Positions 45,801-55,321 of a stretch of 64,000 bases of DNA are shown in pieces; positions within the stretch are counted from its first letter, which is position 1, and the number at the start of each line of letters is the position of its first letter. A program made the position numbers and the translations under genes. The DNA comes from Camelus dromedarius. Taxonomy: Eukaryota. Location: NCBI RefSeq assembly GCF_036321535.1, contig NC_087454.1:21142001-21206000 (forward strand), given 5' to 3'. The notes under the pieces were generated by a model that was given only the letters and a program-made list of their open reading frames with translations, was not told the DNA's origin and searched no databases.

Positions 45801-48694
45801 CCCAGCCCTGCCGTGGACTCTCACTCTCCACAGAGCTGTACGTGTACCAGAGGAGGAGTGACTGCTATGAGTTCAACGGGACGCACCGCTACCTGGAGCG
45901 ATACATTTACAACAGAGAGGTGTACGTCCAATTCGACAGTGCCGTGGGGGTGTTTGTGGCTGTGACGGAGCTGGGGCGCCAAACTGCCAAGAACTGGAAC
46001 ATCCAGAGGGACTTCCTGGAACTGAGACAGAGCGCGGTGGACACGGTGTGCAGACACAACTATGAGTTGGACAAGGGTTTCACCCTGAAGCGCACAGGTG
46101 AGAGGGCTGGTGGAGGAGAGAAGACCCTGGAGGGGGTGGGCTCAGGCCGCAGAGGAGGGGAGCCATCTCCATCTCATCTCAGGTCCCAGTTTGAAATCAA
46201 AAGTCTTCATGGTGAGCAGGGGACCAGAGTGGCATGGGAAAGAGCCAGACTCCCTGTTATTCAAACACGAAATTGCTAAGAACATTGAGTTTGCGGATCT
46301 TCCTCCAAAATTTATTTTATTTTTTGGTAGATGAGACCAAGAGATATATATATTAAATGAAGAATGAATCAAGCTACTTCATGTCTTCTCTCGTTTTTAA
46401 AATATCAGACTCATAGATCAAAAGAATGCTGTTGGCAGGGGAGAGTACAGCTCAGTGGTAGAGTGCGTGCATGGAATGCATGAGGTCTTGGGTTCAATCC
46501 CCAGGACTTCCATGAAAATAAATAAACAACAAACAAACAAACAAACCTAACTACCCACCTCCCCAAAAAAAGTTTTTAAAAAAAAGAACGGTATTGGCTG
46601 CATGAATTCTAATTCCAAGATCACAGCCGGCAGGGTTACACAGCCTTTTGAACCAAATGGGAAAATGTAACTTTAGTTGCTTTACAACAGGTTTAACATT
46701 TCTGTTCAAAGATATTAGTTACCAGCTTACACGTTTCTGGCCAAAGTGCTACAGCGTGTCAACTTTGACCCGCTCCTGTTCTTCTCTGCTCTTTTCCTCG
46801 TTGTGTCTGATAAGGTCTTTCTTGGAACGTTTGAACACTTTATTCTGTGTTTCCCTTTCTGTTCCCCAAATTCTGCCTCCAAGTAGCTTAAGGTGGATGA
46901 GATATTTATTTCTAACATCGAGAGGTCAGTTTGGCAAGACAATCGCTAACTGCTGCTTTAGCTGTCTCCGTTGTCACTACCAGATTCTTCTCTGCACTTC
47001 TAGTCCCACCTAAAGTGAACGTCTCCCCCTCCAAGAAGGAGGCCCTGCAGCCCCACAGCCTGCTTATCTGCCACGTGACAGATTTCTATCCAGGCCACAT
47101 TCAAGTCCGCTGGTTCCTGAATGGACAGGAGGAAACAGCTGGGGTTGTGGCCACCAACCCGATCCATAATGGAGACTGGACCTTCCAGCTCCTCGTGATG
47201 CTGGAAATGAGCCCTCAGCAGGGAGACGTCTACACCTGCCACGTGGAGCACCCCAGCCTGGACAGACCTGTCACCGTGGAGTGGAGTTACTCTCTGATGA
47301 CCCTCTAGACTCCAGGCTTGGGGGTCCACTCACTACACATTGGGGCCATACCACCACGTGTTTTTCCTCATCAGCCCTCTAACTGTGGTCTGGGCTCAGA
47401 GCAATGGAGATCTGGTGATTTCAGCATGTGTTTATCCCTGCCCTGGGGAATCCTTAAGGATCTCTCCTTCTTAGAAAACCTCAGAAAGGTAACCACCTTT
47501 ATGACTGGCCCTCAGACATGGGAACCAGCCTCTCCCCTCTGTCCCCGTTCAGTCCCTTACATTGGGACCTGATGGGCTGACATTGCCTCCTGTGGAAGTC
47601 ACTGCTCTGGGATCCAGAACTTTGGGGGTGATTTCCACATTTACTCCTTCCCCAGTGTGGCTTCAGGCTGGGCCTTATCCTCTCCCTTTTCCCTCCACAG
47701 CATAGTAGATGGGGCTCTGGGTGTCAGGTAGGGCCCAGGGGTTGCGGCAGGTGGAGGTGAGGCTGACCCTGGCATCTGTTCTTCTCAGAGGTGCAGTCGG
47801 ATTCCGCCCGAAGCAAGATGCTGACCGGAGTCGGGGGCTTTGTGCTGGGGCTCATCGCCCTCGTAATGAGCTTCATTCTCCACTTTCAAAGATGGCGAGG
47901 CAGGAAACTTCTGGAAAGTGGTTGGTATTGCCTTTCTACTGTCTCATTCTATTCTCCAGTGATGACATTGGAAAAGAAAAGCAAAACGACAGAGCAAAAG
48001 AGGTCACTGAAATCAAATTCTGAAAATGCAAAGACAGCCCTGTAGGGAGGAAGCTGCCTAGATGAGCTCTTGGTCCAGTAAGACACCTGAGCCAGCTGAT
48101 GACCCCATTCTGAAGAGTGGCTTTTTTAAGGCTGGGGCAGGCTGACATCTACAAATGGGCCCTTGCTTTAATTCCCAGTGACACGGAGAATGGGGTGCAA
48201 ACATTTGTATAATTTTCTAAAATGTTGCCGTCCTTTACTTTTTAATGACTGAATTTGTCTTCCCTGTCACTTTCATTTCAGGACAACAGGGACCTCAACC
48301 AACAGGTGGTATTTCTACTCCCTTCTTCCTTCTTGGGATGTAGTTCATTTCACCGCACCATGGGTTTGGGAGCATTTAACGAATATGCTGTGTTCAGGAG
48401 ATAACACAGGAAGTGCCCTGAGGGTGAGGAGAAACTCTCAGAGGCTGTCCCATTTTTTCAAGTTGAACCAAACTGCCCCCAGTTCTTGGTCCCATCTTCA
48501 TCTCTGGGTGGGTATAAGCAGTGAGTACTACTTTGCCCCATTGCTGAAGGAAATTCCAGAAATTCTCTTCCATTTTTCATCAAGCCAACACTCAGACTGT
48601 CTCTATAATTTTTTTTCCAACTCCTGGGATTCTCGAGGGAAAAGAAATATAGCCTCTTTTTAATTTCTTCTTCTTCACAGGACTCCTGAACTGA
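42836..48694 (+). CDS. DPB: MHC class II DP beta chain, all six exons open (264 aa if spliced); two weak donors
   Basis: Exons 42836-42935 (100 nt; [11 protein letters not shown]...AQGRDTP), 45834-46097 (264, the DP-type shortened beta1; both Cys, NGT, W, RHNY), 47004-47285 (282; [31 protein letters not shown]...[16 protein letters not shown]), 47789-47899 (111; [20 protein letters not shown]), 48282-48305 (24) and 48681-48694 (GLLN*). Head-to-head with DPA. Intron 3 donor is GTTACT and intron 4 donor is GCAGGA. Confidence 0.88.
44415..44520 (+). mobile_element. Vic-1-like SINE with a duplicated 18-bp head, in DPB intron 1
   Basis: (GGGGGAGGGTGTAGCTCA)x2 followed by GTGGTAGAGCGCATGCTTAGCATGCAGGAGGTCCTGGGTTCAG. 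Confidence 0.88.
46438..46581 (+). mobile_element. Vic-1-like SINE, long-tail form, in DPB intron 2
   Basis: tRNA-like head; imperfect TSD AAAAGAATGCTGTTGGC / AAAAGAACGGTATTGGC. Confidence 0.85.
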
Positions 48695-48825
48695 TATCAA
48701 ACACCACATGTTGACTGGGAAAAAGTATTTCTGATATTTCCATTGTCCAGCAATGTCCCACCTCCAAAAAGGACATCACTACTGAATTGTGCCCCTGACA
48801 CTTGCTTCTGAGTCTCTGCCTTTTA

Positions 48826-48926
48826 CAATGAGCTGTTTTGTTTTGTTTTGTTTTTAATGGAGGTACCGAGGATTGAACCTAGGACCTCGTGCATGTGCTC
48901 TACCACTGATCTATACCCTCCCCTAG
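48826..48926 (-). mobile_element. Vic-1-like SINE in the DPB 3' UTR (antisense)
   Basis: Perfect 18-bp TSD CTGAGTCTCTGCCTTTTA (48808, 48927); internally shortened head. Confidence 0.85.
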
Positions 48927-49161
48927 CTGAGTCTCTGCCTTTTAATTCAGCATACTTCCTCTTTCTCAAGTTCTCTAGACTATAGTGTGCCCTTTCCTGA
49001 GGCACATACATAAACCACCTAAATCCAATATTATTGTCTCCCTTTCCTACAGAGAGGAAGGAGATGGTCATGTGACTATGTTTATGCTTGAAGGGTTGGA
49101 TGACCACTGGGTCCAGTGAACAGCCTGGGGATGTCCTTGGTGCTTTCCTCAGGTGTGGAGA

Positions 49162-49167
49162 AATAAA
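49162..49167 (+). terminator. Candidate DPB polyadenylation signal
   Basis: First AATAAA after the DPB stop codon. Confidence 0.5.
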
Positions 49168-50004
49168 ATTCTTGATGGTGATCCATTCTCTTTATTGAAT
49201 AGGAGGGCAACTGGTAGTGAATGTCCTAAAATTTGCTTTATTTCATTGTAGATGCCCAAATTCGTGTTGCACTCTTACCAGTGCCGGGTGGAACCATTTC
49301 TCCTAGTAATCCCAGACAGAACAGACACTGAGCCTGGATTTTGCCTCTGAAATTCATACAGGACTAGTACAGCATGGTAATTATTAAGAATATGGTTTCC
49401 AAGTTTAAAAATCAACATAAGATCATAATTATAAATAACAGGTATAAGAGCATAACATATTATAGCATTCTTTTTATATTATTATTTGCATCAAATTATA
49501 GAAGCAGGCTTGTCCTATAACTCCGTGTTCATTACATCACCACAAACTCTCTCCCTTTTGAGCCATCCAATGGGATGCACATCTCCAGTTTCCAAAAAGT
49601 CAAAGATACATGTATATCAGCTTTTTCAGATATAGGCCTGCTTTTAGAATACAGTTTTTTTTTTTTATGATTTTTATAAATCATTTTAATTGATGTTTGA
49701 GGCTAAGACAGAAGTCATATTTGCTTTGGTCATTTTGTGGTATGGTGTGTCACTTAAGTCTGAATTTAATATAATAGTAATCAGGAAAAATTCTAATTCC
49801 TGTAATATTGATAGATTATAATATCAGTTTTCAAAAACAGCAAGGCCTAAGCCTTAAACCAAGCTTAAAGCATTTCTCTTTTTTAACTGTCCTTCTTGCG
49901 TGTGACTCTGGGAAATCATTTTGATGAATATGTTCATAGATTATGACTCTAAGTCAGTTTTGGTGATTCTATGTATTATGAGATACCAAACCCAAATGCG
50001 GGGC

Positions 50005-50544
50005 TGTGTTGGGGGTCACCAAGACCAGCTCAGTTTAGATCATTCACTAAGAGGACTCACGGGACTCATTACGTAGCTGTACACACGGCTATGATTAATT
50101 ACAGCAAAGGAAGCAAAGCAAAATCAGCTAAGGGAAAAGGCACGTGAAAAACTCAGAGAAAACAGGTGCAAGCTTCCAAGGGTCCTCTCCCATCGGAGCC
50201 GCAGGACTCGCTCAGTTCCTCCAGCAACGAGTTGTGACAACACGTGTGAATTACATCGGCCAGGAAAGCCCAGAGGAGACTCGGCACTCAGGGTTTTTCG
50301 TGGGGACTGGTCTCGCGGGCACCCTCTGCACAAACCAAAGTTCCAGACTCCCAGAAAGAAAGCAGGTGTTCAGCATAAACCATATTGTTTGTTCAGACAG
50401 CTCAGGCACATTCTTAATCAGCTCTGGGAATGGTGGGAACCCTCCCAAAATCCAAGTTCCTAGATGCCAGCCAGGGGCCAGCCTTGTAAGCAGGCCTTTC
50501 AAAGGAAGGTGGTCAGGACTGCTATGTTAACTCTGTTCTGCACA
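50005..50544 (-). mobile_element. MER21-like solo LTR
   Basis: Minus strand begins TGTGCAGAACAGAGTTAACATAGC and ends ...GGTGACCCCCAACACA (TG...CA); about 540 bp. Confidence 0.7.
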
Positions 50545-50559
50545 GGGGCAAACCATCCT

Positions 50560-50672
50560 TTTTTTTTTTTTTTTTTTTTTTTAATGGAGGTACTGGGGAT
50601 TGAACCCAGGACCTTGTGCATGCTAAGCATGTGCTCTGCCACTGAGCTATATCCTACCCCTCGCCCACCCCA
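50560..50672 (-). mobile_element. Vic-1-like SINE
   Basis: Long poly-T plus reverse tRNA-like head; TSD CAAACCATCC. Confidence 0.88.
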
Positions 50673-52109
50673 CAAACCATCCATTTTGTTGACAATTTCC
50701 AAGATAACATGAGTATCCATGTTTTCAAAGAAAAGCATAGATTGATCAGAAAACTCTTTTAAATCTAAGTTTTCTGGAAACATTGATTATTGCAGAAGAC
50801 CTAGAGCTAAATTCATATAATTGTTTTTCATTATTATTACTATTATGTGAAATTATTATTACAAACGTTCTATGAGTCCTATTAGCATTTGAGCAGTTTT
50901 TGAAAAGCTGAAGTTACAAAGTAAGGATGCAGGTGAAAGCATTCTGTTCTGTGAAAGGTTTATTTTTTGCTCAATGGCATGAGAAATTACGCATGCTTTC
51001 TATTCTGTGGTGTTTCTAGGAAAGATTAGAGGTAGCCCATCTCTCAGTGCCCCAAATGAGAAAGAGAAGTTGTAATTCGCTACATCCACTCTTAATCATC
51101 TCAGGAAAAAGAGAGAGGCAGCCCACTTTGTGCCCAAGGAATTTCACAACCAAGGAGTTTGACAATGAATGATCCTCTCACTGACTGCACTGCTTAAGAT
51201 GAGAGAGGCTTCACCATTTGGGATTTTGAGAAGAAAGAAACAAACCTTGTCAGCAGAGAACTATAAAACCAGTTTATAATGCGTAATAATGAGTCATAAT
51301 TGAAAGGAACTTAGTTTATAAACCATTTTCACTGTTATCTTAAGAGTCCTGAACATTTCACTCTCTGCTTGTAAAGCCGAACTGATAGTTAATTCAGGGT
51401 TTGATAAAAAGAAGAAAGTCTCCCTGATTTTCTGTTTGGCCAAGAATTCCCCCTAATGTGATGTCATCATAACACTGTCATAAAGCCGTGAGTTAATTCA
51501 GAATTTTAATCCTCGAGTCAGCTTTTGTAGTCTGCCCTCTTCGGGGTAGAGGACTGTCATAAGGAAATAAAGAAGGTAAATGATTTAGTACTTCTTTACT
51601 TTCCCTTTTTTATTGGACAACTGTAAGGAATTAAAACTGTGGGGTGTTTTTTAATTCTTATGAGAAATGTTGTAAGATTTTTGAGGAGTCAGATTATCCA
51701 TGGCAAAGAATCTGAGTTTTAAGTGTTCTTTAAAGCTAGGGAATATTAAATAGGGCCCCATCTCCACCTAGTGGCCAACAGTGGTATTTAGACTTGGAAC
51801 AAGAAATAAGGATTTGTCAATAATTTGGGGTATTCTTAATGAAAACATTAGAGAAAAGGTGAGGCATATAGAAATCAAAATAAGTATGGCCAAATGTAGA
51901 GTTTTGCGGTTTGGCTTGGCGGTGCCTTTGGCAGCACCCCTGAAAATATGCTTATCGTGCTTTGCTGCCAAACCCCAAATATATTTTAAAATAATTGAAT
52001 ATAAAGAAACATACCAACAGAAGGCAACCCTTCAAAATTAACTTTGAGAAGAAGAAGGTCCACGTAAGCAGAGTCCTCATATCTATAAAAGAAGTGCGAT
52101 CATCAGAAA

Positions 52110-52604
52110 CAGCCCAACAGAACTTTCTGCTCTGATGGAAACGTTTATATCTGAGCTGCCCAATACAGAAGCCACTGGTCGTATGTATTCTTTTTTAATG
52201 TTTATTGAAGTGTAGTTGATTTACAGTGTTAGTTTCACGTGTACAGCAGTGATTTCAGTTATACATACACATACATATATATTTTTTCTTTTCAGATTCT
52301 TTTCCATTATATGTTATTACAAGAAGTTGAGTATAGTTCCCTGTGCTATACAGTAGGTCCTTGTTGTTTATCTATTTTATATATTGTAACACGTGTGTGT
52401 TAATCCCTGACCCCTAACTTATTCCTCCCCGACCTTCCCCCTTTGGTAACCATAGTTTGTTTTCTATGTCCGAGGCCACCTGTACTCTTAGCGCTGAATA
52501 TACCAGAGGCTGGTGCAACTAAGGAGCTGAAATTCCATTTAATTCTAAATTAGTTAAATTTAAAGTATTGAATGTGACTGGTGGCTACCATATTGGATGG
52601 GCAG
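52110..52604 (+). mobile_element. MER3-like hAT MITE split by an antisense L1 3' fragment (about 52190-52470)
   Basis: CAGCCCAACAGAACTTTCTG...GCCACTGG, then the L1 tail, then ...GGTGGCTACCATATTGGATGGGCAG; the halves are colinear with the copy at 55119-55321. Confidence 0.6.
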
Positions 52605-53653
52605 AATAAAGTTTACGATCTTTTTCTAAAAAACTGTAGGCCCTCTCTTAGCAGCTTTTAATGGAGGTAGATCCATCTGTAGGATAAGCTGGTAGGGAAT
52701 CGAAAAATGAAAAAGAATTTGATAAGCCAGTGAAGATAGAAGGTAAGTCTTGTCTAGTCATGGATCATTAAATCTGGGGATAGCAGAATATCAAAAACAA
52801 AATAGGCCCACCAGCAACTTAATAAAATTACAAGAGAGGTTTAAAAAGCGTCAAAAATCGTCCAGTTCTAGCAGATACAGAAGCTACAGCCACAGCAATA
52901 ATCTTGGCAAACTCTCAAAGCCAGTTTGAAAGGGCTAGGAATCACTAAGACAAAACTTGAAGAACACATTTCTCTTAGTACGTACAGGAAGGGGGCACCT
53001 CAACACACCTGCACTGGTTCACCCTCTGAGTTTAAAGAGCTTTGCCCTAAAGATCACGTCAGATCTTCTCATAGGACAGCACAGATAGCTCCAGTGTCCT
53101 TCCCTCCAGATCTGTTACAGTATTCGATCTGTCTGGAAACACTATGCTGTATTAAAATACTTTGGGCGCAGGACAATGTGGCAGAATTCTAGGAACTTTG
53201 GGATACAGGCTCAACGGCAACTTTTAATTAGGGAACTTAATCTATTAAGAGGGCTCTTTGACTACTGGCGCTTTCAGAGGAGAAAGTACCTAAGGGAATA
53301 GGTTGTGATAACATTAAAGGAGATTACGGAAAACCAAAAATGTTTCTATGGTGATTTCACCTGCCCCCTGGGTATGTTACTTGAATTTACTACTGCAATT
53401 CTGGGAAATGGAAACGCTCCCACTTTGAACCTTGGGATTCTACTTCCCCACCAAAAAATGTAAGTATGAAACAGTGCCAAGTCTCTAGTAGAGTATGTAA
53501 AATAACAATTATGATAAAATCGTTGGAGAAACGTGACATAATCCATCTCACCAAAAGAACTCTTTAACAACTCATTTTGGCCAGTAAAACGGTAGGTGAA
53601 TCTCGGAAGTTAATTGTGAATTATAGTAGTATTAAGAATAACAGCTAATTCTT

Positions 53654-53815
53654 TTTTTTTAGAGAGATTTAAAAACATTTTGTGTGTGAGGGGGGAGGGA
53701 GGTAATTACGTTTATTTGTTTATTTACTTTGTTTTTAGAGGAGATACTGGGGATTGAAACCAGGACCTCATACATGCCAAGCATGCACTCTATCACTTTG
53801 AGCTATACCCTCCCC
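53654..53815 (-). mobile_element. Vic-1-like SINE, long-tail form
   Basis: TSD CTAATTCTT (53645, 53816). Confidence 0.85.
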
Positions 53816-53824
53816 CTAATTCTT

Positions 53825-54267
53825 AATATTACTCAGCCATAGAAAAGAGTGAAATATTGCCATCTGCAGAACATGGATGGATCTAGAGAATATTATACTT
53901 AGTGAAGTAAGTCAGACAGAGAAAGACCAGTACTATATGATATCACTTATATGTGGAATCTGGAAAATAATACAAATGAATCTATATGGAAAACAGAAAC
54001 AGACTCACAGACATAAAAAAACAAACATATGGTTGACAAAGGAGGGGGGAAGGAGGGAAGGACAAATTAGAAGTATGATACAAACCATTATACATTAAAA
54101 AGGTAAGCAACAAGGATTTACTGTATAGCACAGAGAATTATATTCAATATCTTATAATAACCTACAATGGAATATAACCTGAAAAAATATATAACTGAAT
54201 CACTTTGCTATACCCCTGAAACTAACACATATTGTAAATCAACTATACTTCAGTAGAATTGTTTAAA
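53825..54267 (+). mobile_element. 5'-truncated L1 3' end
   Basis: AATATTACTCAGCCATAG...ATGGATCTAGAGAATATTATACTTAGTGAAGTAAGTCAGACAGAG...AACTATACTTC; 20-bp imperfect TSD. Confidence 0.85.
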
Positions 54268-55118
54268 AAGAATAGTAGCTAATTCTTAAATAGTACTTAC
54301 TAGATGCCAGTGACTGTTCTAAGAATTTATATATACTTAACTCATCTAATTATTAAAAAAAATGTGGTTAGCACTGTACCTGATATCATTTCCTCAGTAA
54401 AAGATCTTTCTAAATCAGTCCTTGATTAGCATGTTTGCATCCATCTGACTGATGCATTCTTTTCAATACTAATAAACTATGTTCACCACCTGCTTGCTTT
54501 CACTGGCTACCCCTATATTTATTATACTACCACAGTAAATTCTTCCATCCAAGGGCATAATCCAATAAAACAGAATTTAAACAGATGACCTAAATCCAAT
54601 TCATATATTAAAATTGTTTATTACACTAATGACATGTTTCCATGAGTGATTTGAAAACAATTATGCCTATGAGGAACTTTATGGGGGTGGTAGAAATAGC
54701 CTTTATCTTGATTGTGGTAGTGATTACACAATGAATATATTTGTCACAATTCAGAACAGTACAGCTAAGAAGGATGAATTTTATTGTGTGTAAATCATAT
54801 CTCAGCAAACCTGATATTTAAAAAAGCAACTGCACCCAAAAACTCTGTCTTCCCTTATTGATTTTATGATTAAAAAGGAATGAACCATAAAGTCATAACA
54901 ATTTCAGTAAATTTGGGGGGAGAAAAATTCTGCCCAAGATCCAGCAAAAAGCCATTGCCCTTGAAACTCCCTCCCCAAAACAAGAACAGAAGTTAATTGG
55001 CATGTTTGCATTCTGAAAACAGCACATCCCACATTATATTAAACTTGGATCTCTCCATCAGATTACTGAAAATGGAGCCAAATTCATATGGATCTTTAAA
55101 CAGCAAGATGCCTTAGAG

Positions 55119-55321
55119 CTGTGCTGTCTGATATGGTAGCCACGAGCTACATGTGGCTGTTTAGATACATTAAAATTCAATACAATTTAAAATTAAGTTC
55201 TTGAGGTGCGCTAACCACATTTCAAGTGCTTGAGAGCCACACGTGGCTGGTTGCTGCCATACTGGGTTGCACAGATGTAGAATATTTCCATCGTCACAGA
55301 AAATTCTATTGGCCAGCACTG
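55119..55321 (-). mobile_element. MER3-like hAT MITE
   Basis: About 200 bp with inverted termini and an internal GCCAC...GTGGC palindromic arrangement. Confidence 0.7.
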
